Source: Oceanispirochaeta sp. (GTDB lineage: Bacteria > Spirochaetota > Spirochaetia > DSM-2461). From it: a stretch of DNA of 64,000 nucleotides. The notes below the pieces were generated by a model, which made no database searches, had not been told where the DNA came from, and saw nothing but the letters and a program-made list of their open reading frames with translations. Positions within the stretch are counted from its first letter, which is position 1; the number at the start of each line of letters is the position of its first letter. Shown here one piece after another: positions 27,606 through 37,446 of the stretch. The DNA lies in the NCBI GenBank assembly GCA_963663385.2, contig CAXXXD010000002.1, forward strand, positions 128,001-192,000, given 5' to 3'. Position numbers and translations under genes: made by a program.

Positions 27606-28649
27606 ATGTTGAAAAAAAATTTTTCTATTCTTATGATTCTGCTCTGTGCAGCTACCTTTTCAGTAATGGCCAGCGGCTCTCAGGAATCCGCGGCGGAAGA
27701 CAAGGGATCCCTGGTTTTCTATGCGGGTCTTCAGGAAGATCATGCTGCTATGATCGCCGAAGAGTTTGAAGCCACTACAGGAATTAAAACCGAATTTGTT
27801 CGAATGAGCAGCGGTGAAATACTGGCTCGTCTTAAGGCCGAAAAAGATAATATGACTGCTTCCGTATGGTACGGCGGACCCGTTGACGGTATCGTTGCAG
27901 CCAACGAAGAAGGACTTATCGAACGTTACATTTCACCCGAAGTAGACAATATCAAACCGGGTTTTGCAGAACCCAGCGGTATCTGGACCGGTATCTATAT
28001 CGGGTACCTCGGATTTGTTGGTAACAAAACAATGCTGGAAGAGAGAGGCCTTGAAATGCCTCAGTCATGGGCAGACTTTCTGAAACCCGATTACAATCAG
28101 GAAATCGTAGTGGCTCACCCCGGTTCTTCCGGAACAGCCTATACCATGCTGGCTACCATCGTTCAGATGATGGGGGAAGAGAAGGCTATGGAATACTTCA
28201 AAAAGTTCAGCCCCCAGGTAAGACAGTACACCAAATCCGGTACGGCTCCCGGCAGAATGGCCGGTCTGGGTGAAACAACAGTTGGAATCACCTTTCTGCA
28301 TGATGCCATCAAATACAAGAAAGAAGGATACGAAGATATCGTAATTTCCGCTCCTGCAGAAGGAACCGGATACGAAATCGGCGGTGTTGCTCTTCTGAAG
28401 AACGGACCCGATCAGGAAAACGGAAAGATTTTCATTGACTGGGTTCTGACCAAAGAAGTACAGGAAATGGGAAAAACTGTCGGTTCCTTCCAGTTCCTGA
28501 CAAACAAGAATGCCATGCCTCCCGAAGAAGCCATGCCGATCAAGGACACAAAACTGATCGATTACGACTTCCAGTGGGCCGGAGAAAACAAAAAGAGACT
28601 GGTTGAGCTTTTCAGCAAGGAAACAAGCACAACCGCTCCTACCGAATAA
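27606..28649 (+). CDS. Solute-binding protein, AfuA-like (sugar-phosphate type)
   Basis: Signal peptide VMA|SGSQE; RMSSGE, WYGGP, SSGTAY, YTKSG, FLHD, GTGYE. AAGGAG RBS. Confidence 0.88.
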   Translation: MLKKNFSILMILLCAATFSVMASGSQESAAEDKGSLVFYAGLQEDHAAMIAEEFEATTGIKTEFVRMSSGEILARLKAEKDNMTASVWYGGPVDGIVAANEEGLIERYISPEVDNIKPGFAEPSGIWTGIYIGYLGFVGNKTMLEERGLEMPQSWADFLKPDYNQEIVVAHPGSSGTAYTMLATIVQMMGEEKAMEYFKKFSPQVRQYTKSGTAPGRMAGLGETTVGITFLHDAIKYKKEGYEDIVISAPAEGTGYEIGGVALLKNGPDQENGKIFIDWVLTKEVQEMGKTVGSFQFLTNKNAMPPEEAMPIKDTKLIDYDFQWAGENKKRLVELFSKETSTTAPTE

Positions 28650-28657
28650 TATAAAAA

Positions 28658-28770
28658 CCCCTCTCCCGGAGGGAGCGTGTTGGTTAAAACCCTCACCCCT
28701 TAATCCCCCTGGTCGTAAACTTCGTTTACTGCTCTGGGATGCAACCGCCCTCTCCCAGAGGGAGAGGGGG
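28658..28770. repeat. REP-like structured intergenic element (CCCTCTCCC...GGGAGAGGG type)
   Basis: CCCCTCTCCCGGAGGGAG at 28658, CCCTCACCCC at 28690, hairpin GTAAAC-TTC-GTTTAC (28715-28729), and CCCTCTCCCAGAGGGAGAGGG (28748-28768). Confidence 0.6.
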
Positions 28771-28795
28771 CATTATATAGAAATAAGGAGGTTCC

Positions 28796-30496
28796 ATGAC
28801 AAATACCAAAAAACTTAAATTGCAGAGTAGTTTAAAAACCCTGGCAAATCTTAAAAACGATCCCGCCCTGTTGGCGGTTATTCTTTTTACTCTGGCCCTG
28901 GTAACATTTTTTATTCTGATCCCCCTTTACAATATTCTAATAGAGAGTCTGTCTGCCGAGGGAGGCCTGACTATCCGGAATTACCTGGATGTGGTTTCCA
29001 TGCACGGGAACATGCGGATCCTCAGAAATACTCTTGTACTCGGTGTCGTAACAGCTTCAATTTCTGTCGTGGTAGGTTTTATTTTTGCCTATGTCACAAC
29101 CTATATGAAAATCCGGTTTAAAAAAATATTCGATTTTATTGCCATTCTGCCCATTATCTCACCCCCCTTTGTGGTTGCCCTGTCCGCCATACTGCTGTTC
29201 GGACGTGTCGGGCTGATAACCAGGGGGCTGCTTGGCATTAAAGATGCTGAAATCTACGGCTTTCACGGGCTGGTTCTTGTCCAGTCCCTGAGCTTTTTTC
29301 CCATAGCCTATATGATGCTGGTGGCCCTTCTGCAGCGGATTGATCCTTCTGTGGAAGAAGCTTCCCGGGATCTGGGTGCCTCCCGGTACAGAGTTTTTAC
29401 TTCTGTCACCCTGCCTCTTATGGCGCCGGGGCTGGCCAATGCCTTTCTGCTGGTGTTTATCCAGTCCATTGCCGACTTTGCCAATCCCGTTGTCATCGGG
29501 GGGAATTTTACAACTGTTGCTGTAAAGATCTATCAGGAGGGCATCGGAAACTACCAGTTCGGTACGGCTACCGCCCTGGCTATGATACTTCTGACCATTT
29601 CCATAACCATCTTTGTTCTTCAGAAGTACTATGTCAGCAAGAAATCCTACGTTACGGTAACCGGGAAGGTTTCACGGCATCGTGATCTGATAACTTCCCG
29701 TAAAATTGTGGCACCCGCAACGGGGATCCTGCTGTTTTTCACCCTCTTCGTTATTATGATGTACATACTGATCCCCATCGGATCCTTTGTAAAATTATGG
29801 GGGGTGAACTACACACCCACCCTGGAGCATTATAAATATGTTCTGAAACCGAAGCTCTTTCAGCCCGTTCTGACAACGACTTCTCTTGCTGTAATCGCCA
29901 CTCCGGTTTCAGGAATCCTGGCCATGATCATCGCTTTTCTGATTGTACGGAAAACCTTTTTCGGAAAGTCCTTTATCGAGTTCACTACCATTATGGCCCT
30001 GGCCATTCCGGGAACGATTATCGGTCTGGGTTATGTAATCAGTTACAACAAGACTTACGGCCTTTTCGGCGTTAATATTATTCCTCCCATTACAGGAACG
30101 GCTTTCATAATTATTATGGCTTTTATTATACGAAGTCTTCCCGTGGGGGTGCGGTCGGGTATTACATCCCTGCAGCAGATTGATCCCACCATTGAGGAAG
30201 CGGCCAATGTACTGGGGGCTTCCAGCCGGAAAGTATTTACCAGTGTGACCATTCCCATGATTAAAAACGCCTTTCTGAACGGTCTGATTTTTACCTTTGC
30301 AAGGAGCATGACCCTGGTAAGTACGGTAATCTTTCTGATTTCAGCCCGCTATAAGCTTCTGACAACAACCATTATGGCTCAGATTGATGTAGGGAAAATG
30401 GGGGTGGCTTCGGCCTACTGTACCATCCTGATTATCATTGTCAGCATAGCTATGCTTCTGATCAAACTGATTGTAAAAAACATCAGTACCGAATAA
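28796..30496 (+). CDS. ABC transporter permease (AfuB/FbpB-like)
   Basis: About 12 TM helices; PIISPPF, VEEASRDLGAS, DFANP, IEEAANVLGAS. Evident paralogue of 22788-24452. Confidence 0.92.
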   Translation: MTNTKKLKLQSSLKTLANLKNDPALLAVILFTLALVTFFILIPLYNILIESLSAEGGLTIRNYLDVVSMHGNMRILRNTLVLGVVTASISVVVGFIFAYVTTYMKIRFKKIFDFIAILPIISPPFVVALSAILLFGRVGLITRGLLGIKDAEIYGFHGLVLVQSLSFFPIAYMMLVALLQRIDPSVEEASRDLGASRYRVFTSVTLPLMAPGLANAFLLVFIQSIADFANPVVIGGNFTTVAVKIYQEGIGNYQFGTATALAMILLTISITIFVLQKYYVSKKSYVTVTGKVSRHRDLITSRKIVAPATGILLFFTLFVIMMYILIPIGSFVKLWGVNYTPTLEHYKYVLKPKLFQPVLTTTSLAVIATPVSGILAMIIAFLIVRKTFFGKSFIEFTTIMALAIPGTIIGLGYVISYNKTYGLFGVNIIPPITGTAFIIIMAFIIRSLPVGVRSGITSLQQIDPTIEEAANVLGASSRKVFTSVTIPMIKNAFLNGLIFTFARSMTLVSTVIFLISARYKLLTTTIMAQIDVGKMGVASAYCTILIIIVSIAMLLIKLIVKNISTE

Positions 30497-30510
30497 GGAG
30501 AAATCTTTCG

Positions 30511-31584
30511 ATGAGTAAAAAATTAAAAGTAGAACTGAGAAATCTGACAAAAACATTTGTAACCAATAAAAATGCTCAGGTAAAGGCAGTCGATAATATA
30601 GACCTGACCATCAATCCCGGAGAATTTGTCTGTCTTCTGGGACCTTCGGGGTGCGGAAAAACCACCACCCTCCGTATGCTGGCGGGATTCGAAATCCCCA
30701 CTTCCGGAGAAATCTTCATCGGGGATGAAAATGTGGCAAACCTGACCCCGGACAAGAGGGATACGGCAATGGTCTTTCAGAACTATGCCCTTTTTCCCCA
30801 TATGAATGTGTATGACAATATTTCCTATGGCCTCAGGCTGCAGAAACTGCCCAAACCGGAGATTGAAGCCCGGGTGGAAAAAATTCTCAAGCTGATGAAG
30901 ATGGAGGATTTCGCCAACCGTGTTCCTTCGGAGATGTCCGGCGGACAACAGCAGCGTGTCTCCCTGGCCAGGGCCCTGATTATGGAATCGGGAGTCCTTC
31001 TGTTCGACGAACCCCTTTCCAACCTGGATGCCAAGCTGCGTCTTCATATGAGGGACGAGATCCGGAAAATCCAGAAACAGGTGGGGATCTCATCCATCTA
31101 CGTGACCCATGATCAGGAAGAGGCTATGGGGTTGTCTGATAAAGTGGTCATCATGAAGGACGGCAGGATTCAGCAGGTAGGGTCCCCCCGGGAGATCTAT
31201 CAGAAGCCGGTTAATGAATTTGTCGCCCAGTTTATCGGACGGGCCAATATCCTTGACGGCAGGATCACGGGAGAAAAAGGGGCGAATGTTCTGCTGGATG
31301 TTCACGGTGTTACCTATGAGACGGAAAAGACAACAGGTCATGAAATCGGAGATAGTGTGAAATTCATGATTCGCCCGGAATCCTTCAAAATAGGCGGTTC
31401 CGATTTTAAAGCGCCCGTAACAAAAAGTGTTTTTATGGGGTCCCATCACGAATACGAAGTGGAGCTGTTCGGCAAGATCTTCGAAATCTCCGAAAACAAT
31501 CCCATGCGGAAAGTGACCGTGGGTGTGGGAGGAGAACTCTCCTTCTCCATGGACCCCAATTCCATCCATATCCTGGAGCAGTAA
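30511..31584 (+). CDS. ABC transporter ATP-binding protein (AfuC/FbpC-like)
   Basis: GPSGCGKT, MSGGQQQR, LFDEPLSNLD, VTHD. Confidence 0.95.
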   Translation: MSKKLKVELRNLTKTFVTNKNAQVKAVDNIDLTINPGEFVCLLGPSGCGKTTTLRMLAGFEIPTSGEIFIGDENVANLTPDKRDTAMVFQNYALFPHMNVYDNISYGLRLQKLPKPEIEARVEKILKLMKMEDFANRVPSEMSGGQQQRVSLARALIMESGVLLFDEPLSNLDAKLRLHMRDEIRKIQKQVGISSIYVTHDQEEAMGLSDKVVIMKDGRIQQVGSPREIYQKPVNEFVAQFIGRANILDGRITGEKGANVLLDVHGVTYETEKTTGHEIGDSVKFMIRPESFKIGGSDFKAPVTKSVFMGSHHEYEVELFGKIFEISENNPMRKVTVGVGGELSFSMDPNSIHILEQ

Positions 31585-31588
31585 GCCT

Positions 31589-31613
31589 CCCCGGCCCCGC
31601 TCGGGGGCCGGGG
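31589..31613. terminator. GC-rich hairpin between convergent genes (probable terminator)
   Basis: CCCCGGCCCC-GCTCG-GGGGCCGGGG followed by TTAATT. Confidence 0.6.
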
Positions 31614-31629
31614 TTAATTAGGAAATCGG

Positions 31630-32616
31630 CTAGAGACGGTCAATTATATTAATATCGTACAGCAGTTCCCGCTTCATATTTTCCCTGATATTCCGGTTTT
31701 CAATAAAAGTGATCAGATTTTCAATTGCGGCGCTTCCAATCTCTCCGGTCGGCTGTGAAATTACAGAAACCGGGATTTTTAGGTAGTCAAACCATTTATT
31801 GTCATCGTAGGTAATCAGTTTGATTCCCTTTCCAATTTTCTCAGGTAAATCATTGATTACACTTATAACTTCATAACAAATTGCAGATGTTGCGCAAATA
31901 ATGCCGTCTGTTTTTTCCTTCTCAATGAAATCTTTGATTAAAGGATAGGAATCTTCTTTGTGGTAACTGAGAGATAAGACAGCCGGATCGCAGTGATTTG
32001 TCATTTCCTGCAGGTAGGTTTTATACCCGAGAATCCTCTGTTTGATCGTATAAACCGAATCCGAGTAACCGATAAATCCAATTCTGTCAGCCCCTTTTTC
32101 ATGAAGGTGTTTTGCGCCTAAATAGCTGCTGTACAAGTTATTAATTCCAACGAAAAGGAAGTTGTGATTCTGATATTGTCTATCGATCAATACTACAGGA
32201 ATTCCTATATCGTGGAGTTGTTCCGGCATATTTTTTGATTCGATAGGAGCAATAATCAAACCGCTTATGTTCCGTCCCATCAGCATCTTTATATTTCTTG
32301 CTTCCTTTTCTGCATCATCCTCAGAGTCGCAGAAAATAATGGAAATTCCCATATCGGATGCGACTGTTTCAATAGCCTTCGTGATGGCTACATAGTAGTC
32401 TTCCCGGATATCTGCAATTATTACACCTACTTTCTCTATTTTGTTAGCCTTCTTGGGTTTAATCCCCCTGTAGTTCAATTCTTCAAGAGTTCTGAGAACC
32501 GCTTCCTTTGTATCCTTGTTTACATGCCTGGTTTTATTGATCACATGAGAAACCGTCGTTATGGATACACCGGCTTTTTCGGCTATGGTTTTTAAAGTAA
32601 CACTTTTCTGTTTCAT
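31630..32616 (-). CDS. LacI-family transcriptional repressor
   Basis: Start moved to ATG 32616. VTLKTIAEKAGVSITTVSHVIN HTH followed by a periplasmic-binding-protein-like effector domain. Confidence 0.92.
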   Translation of the reverse strand: MKQKSVTLKTIAEKAGVSITTVSHVINKTRHVNKDTKEAVLRTLEELNYRGIKPKKANKIEKVGVIIADIREDYYVAITKAIETVASDMGISIIFCDSEDDAEKEARNIKMLMGRNISGLIIAPIESKNMPEQLHDIGIPVVLIDRQYQNHNFLFVGINNLYSSYLGAKHLHEKGADRIGFIGYSDSVYTIKQRILGYKTYLQEMTNHCDPAVLSLSYHKEDSYPLIKDFIEKEKTDGIICATSAICYEVISVINDLPEKIGKGIKLITYDDNKWFDYLKIPVSVISQPTGEIGSAAIENLITFIENRNIRENMKRELLYDINIIDRL

Positions 32617-32679
32617 ACCCCTTATTAAACCATAGCTTTTGCAGGGACGCAACAACTCAATAAAAATTTATCGTAAAAA

Positions 32680-32725
32680 TTGCGCAAAAATAAATATTGA
32701 CGTGCGCAAAAAGTAATGTGATAAT
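32680..32725 (+). promoter_or_regulatory. Promoter of the xylitol operon with two LacI-type operator cores
   Basis: TTGACG (32697-32702)-17 nt-GATAAT (32720-32725) with a TG extension. TGCGCAAAAA occurs at 32681 and 32703 (22 bp apart), the second inside the spacer. Confidence 0.7.
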
Positions 32726-32756
32726 GCAAATGAGTTTCGAAAGGAAGGTAATCAAA

Positions 32757-33797
32757 TTGCAAGCTGTTGTATTAGAGAAAAAAGGTAAAATAAGCCTGCG
32801 TGATTTCGATATGGATGACCCGATAGGTGCTGACGATGTCAGAATTAAACCGTCTTGTGTCGGCATCTGCGGGAGCGATGTGCACTATTACAGAGAGGGA
32901 AATATCGGAGATTTTGTTGTGAAAGAACCGATGATCCTGGGTCACGAGGCAAGCGGTATTGTTACAGAAGCAGGTGCCAATGTCAAAGAGTTGAAAGTTG
33001 GAGACAGGGTATGTATGGAACCGGGGATTCCCAATTTTAAAAGTTCCGAAACCCTTCACGGGATGTATAACCTGGATCCGGAAGTCGCATTCTGGGCGAC
33101 TCCCCCTATCCACGGCTGTTTAAGGGAATCCTTCGTGCATCCCGCCAGTCTGACATTCAAGCTGCCGGATAATGTTTCTTTTCATGAAGGCGCTCTGGTT
33201 GAACCTGTGGCAATCGGTATGCATTCGGCTAATAAAGCCGAAATTTCTTCCGGTGATGCTGCTCTGGTTCTGGGGGCCGGAACCATAGGAATCGTTACAG
33301 CCCTTGCTGCAGAATCCTCCGGTTGTTCCAGGGTTTTTATTGCAGATATTAAAAAAGAGAAGCTGGACTTTGTCAGGAAGAATTACAGTGATAAGGTTAC
33401 GGCCATTGATCTGAAATCTCAATCTGTAAAAGAAGTTATGGCGGAAGCCGGTGTGGATCTTGTGGATATCCTGTTTGAGGCGAGCGGAAGTGAGAAAGCT
33501 TTTGATCGGATAGCCGACTATGTAAAGCCGGGCGGGACAATCGTTCTGATCGGAATGCCCGGCAAACCGGTTCCCATCGATGTAGTCTCCCTGCAGGCAA
33601 AAGAGATTCAGGTGAAGACGATTTTCCGATATGTAAATATCTACCCCAGGGTTATCAGTTTAATCTCTTCGGGAAAACTGAATGTTAAACCCCTTGTTAC
33701 AAGCCGTTATGACTTTAAAGATGCCCTGAAAGCTTTTGAATATGCGGCGACTCTTCCGGATAACGAGATCAAAATAATGATTGATACGAATTTCTGA
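32757..33797 (+). CDS. NAD-dependent polyol dehydrogenase, xylitol dehydrogenase / D-xylulose reductase-like (MDR family)
   Basis: TTG start after [33 protein letters not shown]. The structural-Zn Cys cluster is absent ([23 protein letters not shown]). Xylulokinase is in the same locus. Confidence 0.85.
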   Translation: MQAVVLEKKGKISLRDFDMDDPIGADDVRIKPSCVGICGSDVHYYREGNIGDFVVKEPMILGHEASGIVTEAGANVKELKVGDRVCMEPGIPNFKSSETLHGMYNLDPEVAFWATPPIHGCLRESFVHPASLTFKLPDNVSFHEGALVEPVAIGMHSANKAEISSGDAALVLGAGTIGIVTALAAESSGCSRVFIADIKKEKLDFVRKNYSDKVTAIDLKSQSVKEVMAEAGVDLVDILFEASGSEKAFDRIADYVKPGGTIVLIGMPGKPVPIDVVSLQAKEIQVKTIFRYVNIYPRVISLISSGKLNVKPLVTSRYDFKDALKAFEYAATLPDNEIKIMIDTNF

Positions 33798-33854
33798 TAT
33801 TTTTACTATTGCGAATCATGGCTTTGGCCATAGAATTAATAAGGAGAATTGATT

Positions 33855-34811
33855 ATGAAGAAGATTATGTTTTTGATGCTGGTAGTCTGTCTGGCTGCCA
33901 TCCCTGCCTTTGCGAATGGACAGGCTGAAGACGACGGTACCTACAAAGTAGCCTATATTGCACGGGCTCAGGCAGACTCTTTTGCCGCATGGCTGGCAAA
34001 TGCTGTTATGGAAGAAGCGGATAAGTATGATGACATCACTGTTAAGGTTTTTGACGGTCAGGCATCAGATGACAAAGTAAACTCTCTAATTGAAAATGCT
34101 ATTGTTAACAAGTTTGATGCAATCATAATTCAGCCCAACAATGGAGAGTCCCAGAGACCGTATGCTGAAAAAGTAGTTGAAGCCGGAATCATCTGTCTGA
34201 CGACAAATGCCCGTATTTCCGGTATTAAAGGAGCCTCTTCTGTTGATGCCGATCCCTATGAACAGGCTGCCGTTAATGCCCGCGCTGCTATTAAACAGAT
34301 TCCCCAGGGAGCCAATGTTGTCGTTCTGCAGGGTCCTCCCGGAAACTTCCATGCTGACGAAAGAAGAAAAAGCTGGCAGAAAGAGTTCTTTGACAAAAGA
34401 CCTGATGTAACAATCGTAGGTGAGCAGATTGCCAACTGGAACAAAGATGAAGCCATGAGTCTTATGGAAGACTGGGTTCAGGCTAACGACAAAATCGATG
34501 CCATCATTGCCATGAATGACAATATGTGTGCCGGAGCTCTGGAAATTGTTAAAGATAACAGCGCCTATTCCGATATCCTGGCTTATGGTGTAGACGGAAC
34601 AGCAGAAGCTGTACTGCTGATTGAAGAAGGGCTAATGACTTCTACCTGCCTGCAGAGCGCCTATGCTCTGGCTGAAAACCTGCTGGAAGTAAGCCACAAG
34701 CTGCTGACTGGTGAAGAAACCCAGATGGATGTTGATATCGATGCACCTCTCGTAACAAAAGATAATGTTAAGGAATACATTGAAATGCATAAAAGAGCCG
34801 GTGCTCTTTAA
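33855..34811 (+). CDS. Sugar/polyol ABC transporter solute-binding protein (CUT2, RbsB-like)
   Basis: Signal peptide AFA|NGQAE; ANWNKDEAM, AMNDNM, YGVDG. Confidence 0.9.
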   Translation: MKKIMFLMLVVCLAAIPAFANGQAEDDGTYKVAYIARAQADSFAAWLANAVMEEADKYDDITVKVFDGQASDDKVNSLIENAIVNKFDAIIIQPNNGESQRPYAEKVVEAGIICLTTNARISGIKGASSVDADPYEQAAVNARAAIKQIPQGANVVVLQGPPGNFHADERRKSWQKEFFDKRPDVTIVGEQIANWNKDEAMSLMEDWVQANDKIDAIIAMNDNMCAGALEIVKDNSAYSDILAYGVDGTAEAVLLIEEGLMTSTCLQSAYALAENLLEVSHKLLTGEETQMDVDIDAPLVTKDNVKEYIEMHKRAGAL

Positions 34812-34836
34812 TTTCAGGATCTGCTGATCGTATGGT

Positions 34837-34867
34837 TCCGGCGGGCATTTGCCGCCGGAGCTTTTTT
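34837..34867 (+). terminator. Intra-operon terminator/stabilising hairpin after the SBP gene
   Basis: TCCGGCGG / CCGCCGGA stem followed by TTTTTT (34862-34867). Confidence 0.6.
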
Positions 34868-34889
34868 AAATCTTAGAATAGGATTAAAA

Positions 34890-36404
34890 ATGGAAGAAAT
34901 CAAGTTAAAGGTTTCCGGTATTGAAAAATCATTCCCTGGTGTAAAAGCTCTGGATAATATTAATTTTTCTGTGAGCAGAGGGACAGTCCATGTTCTCTGT
35001 GGAGAAAATGGTGCCGGAAAATCTACTCTGATGAAGATTATCAATGGTGTCTATAAGCCTGATGAGGGATCAATCACCATTGATGGTCAGGACGTCGAGA
35101 TTAAAAATCCGATTCAGGCGAGAGCACATGGTATTTCAATGATTTTCCAGGAATTGAATTATATCCCTGAAATGACAGTGGAGGAGAGTCTTTTTGTAGG
35201 TCGTCTGCCGGTAAACAAATTTCATAAAGTTGACTGGAAGGAAATCCGTATAAGAACTATGGAGCTGTTGGAGGCTGAAGGATTGCCTTACTCTCCAACA
35301 ACACAGCTTAAAGACCTTTCAGTTTCAGATATACAGATGCTGGAGATTCTGAAAGCAATTTCCTACCAGTCAGATATTATCATAATGGATGAACCCACTT
35401 CAGCCATTACCGATAAGGAAGTTGCTCTGCTGTTTGAAAAAATAGATAAACTGAAAAAGAATGGAGCCAGTATCATTTATATCTCCCATAAAATGGATGA
35501 GATTTTCCAGATAGCTGATGAAATAACTGTTCTGAGAGACGGAAGCGTAATTGAAACAAGAAATAAAGATGATATTACTATAGATGAAGTTATTTCCCTG
35601 ATGGTTGGAAGGGAGCTGTCAAGCGAATATCCCAAGGAAGATGTTCCTCTGGGCGATGAAATCTTTTCTGTCCGGAATCTGACGAGTCCGGGTAATTTTG
35701 AAAAGATCAGTTTTAACCTGAAAGACGGCGAGATTGTCGGTTTTGCCGGACTTATGGGTGCGGGACGTACCGAGATTATGAGAGCCGTCTTCGGTCTAGA
35801 CCCTTTTACCGATGGCGAAATCCGGAAGAGGGGGGAGTCTATAGACAACAGCACTGTTGAAAAAAGTATTAAGAATGGTATTGTTATGCTCTCTGAAGAC
35901 AGACGCCGTTTCGGTATTATTCCGGTTCGAGGTGTACGGGAAAACGTCTCTCTGGCAAACCTGAAAAAGTTTTTTTATAAAGGGCATCTGCATTCCAGGG
36001 ATGAAATTAATGAAATTCAGAATATCTGCCAGCAAATGAAAGTTAAAACTCCCACTCTTGAAACATCAATCAGTTCCCTGAGTGGCGGTAATCAACAAAA
36101 GGTCGTTCTGGCCAAATGGATGATTAATGACCCTGATGTGCTGATAATGGATGAACCGACCCGTGGTATAGACATCGGAGCCAAGTATGAGATTTATAAG
36201 TTGATGACCTCCTTTGTAAAGAAGAAAAAAGCAATCATCATGGTTTCGTCAGAGCTGCCGGAGTTAATCGGTATGTGTGATCGTATCTATGTCATGTCCA
36301 AAGGACATCTCATGGGCTGTCTCAACCGAGATGAATTTTCCCAGGAAACCATTATGAAAATGGCAACAGGCGTAATGAAAAAGGAGTCTGATAATGAAAT
36401 CTAA
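34890..36404 (+). CDS. Sugar ABC transporter ATP-binding protein with two NBDs (RbsA/MglA-like)
   Basis: GENGAGKST, MDEPTSA, LSGGNQQK, MDEPTRGID. Confidence 0.95.
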   Translation: MEEIKLKVSGIEKSFPGVKALDNINFSVSRGTVHVLCGENGAGKSTLMKIINGVYKPDEGSITIDGQDVEIKNPIQARAHGISMIFQELNYIPEMTVEESLFVGRLPVNKFHKVDWKEIRIRTMELLEAEGLPYSPTTQLKDLSVSDIQMLEILKAISYQSDIIIMDEPTSAITDKEVALLFEKIDKLKKNGASIIYISHKMDEIFQIADEITVLRDGSVIETRNKDDITIDEVISLMVGRELSSEYPKEDVPLGDEIFSVRNLTSPGNFEKISFNLKDGEIVGFAGLMGAGRTEIMRAVFGLDPFTDGEIRKRGESIDNSTVEKSIKNGIVMLSEDRRRFGIIPVRGVRENVSLANLKKFFYKGHLHSRDEINEIQNICQQMKVKTPTLETSISSLSGGNQQKVVLAKWMINDPDVLIMDEPTRGIDIGAKYEIYKLMTSFVKKKKAIIMVSSELPELIGMCDRIYVMSKGHLMGCLNRDEFSQETIMKMATGVMKKESDNEI

Positions 36405-37380
36405 AATTCTGAATTTCTGGGATACCGCAAAAAACAAATACAGTATCCTTCTTGTACTGATCGCCCTGACGATCGTATCTACTTTGATTAATCCAAACTT
36501 TCTGACTGGAGCCAACCTGTCAAATGTTTCCCGTCAGATTGCTGTTACTACCATTCTGGCATTTGGCGAAACCATTCTGATCATCTGTGGAATGCTCGAC
36601 CTTTCATCAGGATCTGTACTGGCTCTCTCGGGAGTGTTGTCCGTCTCTGTTTTTAAAATGACGGGGAGCTTGCCGGCTGCCTTTTTTGTCGCTGTTTTTG
36701 TCGCAGTATTCTGCAACCTGATTAATGCTTTGATGGTTACCAGGTTTAAAACGCCTCCCTTTATTGCCACTCTGGCCATGCTGGCAATGGCACGAGGCGC
36801 CGCACTGCTTTATACAAAAGGACAGAATATCTACCAGATTGGGGGTTATACGGTTTTCGGTCAGGGATTTATAGGGTTCATACCGACCCCGGTTGTTTTC
36901 CTGATTATCCTCTTTATAGCAACCTGGTATATTCTGAATCATACAAGGTTTGGGCGTTCTCTTTTTGCCATAGGGGGGAATGAAGAGGCGGCAAATGCCT
37001 CTGGTATCAATGTAAACAGGAATAAAGTATACGCCTTTATTGTAAATGGTGTTCTGGTGGGTATAGCCGGTGTTCTTTTTATGTCTCGTGTTAACTCGGG
37101 ACTTCCCAACGGTGCAATAGGTTATGAATTCGAAGCTTTGACATCTTCGGTTATCGGTGGAACCAGTTTTACCGGCGGTATCGGTACGGCAGGAGGTACT
37201 GTAGCCGGTGCATTTATTGTCGGGTTTCTGAATAACATTATGAATCTGACCAATGTAAACTCCTATCTGCAGCAGATTGTAAGAGGTGCCATTATCGCTC
37301 TGGCTGTAATGTATGATATCAATTCAAAGTCTAAGAAAAACAAAAAGAAGCTTGGAAATATTACAGAGAAAAAAGCATAA
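36394..37380 (+). CDS. Sugar ABC transporter permease (RbsC-like)
   Basis: LDLSSG, PPFIATL, TRFGRSLFAIGGNEEAANASG, VIGGTSFTGG. Confidence 0.93.
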   Translation: MKSKILNFWDTAKNKYSILLVLIALTIVSTLINPNFLTGANLSNVSRQIAVTTILAFGETILIICGMLDLSSGSVLALSGVLSVSVFKMTGSLPAAFFVAVFVAVFCNLINALMVTRFKTPPFIATLAMLAMARGAALLYTKGQNIYQIGGYTVFGQGFIGFIPTPVVFLIILFIATWYILNHTRFGRSLFAIGGNEEAANASGINVNRNKVYAFIVNGVLVGIAGVLFMSRVNSGLPNGAIGYEFEALTSSVIGGTSFTGGIGTAGGTVAGAFIVGFLNNIMNLTNVNSYLQQIVRGAIIALAVMYDINSKSKKNKKKLGNITEKKA

Positions 37381-37397
37381 TAATCCAATTGCATAAG

Positions 37398-37423
37398 AGG
37401 CGTAAGGAATAACCCTTGCGCCT
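37398..37423 (+). other. Intergenic hairpin between permease and xylB
   Basis: AGGCGTAAGG-AATAAC-CCTTGCGCCT followed by TTATT. Confidence 0.45.
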
Positions 37424-37446
37424 TTATTAACTGGGAGTCGGAAACA

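Noticed and set aside
21693..31584. Default 'iron(III) ABC transporter' annotation
   Set aside because: Both SBPs show AfuA-type motifs rather than the tandem Tyr iron ligands of FbpA, and no Fur box was evident. Iron is not formally excluded.
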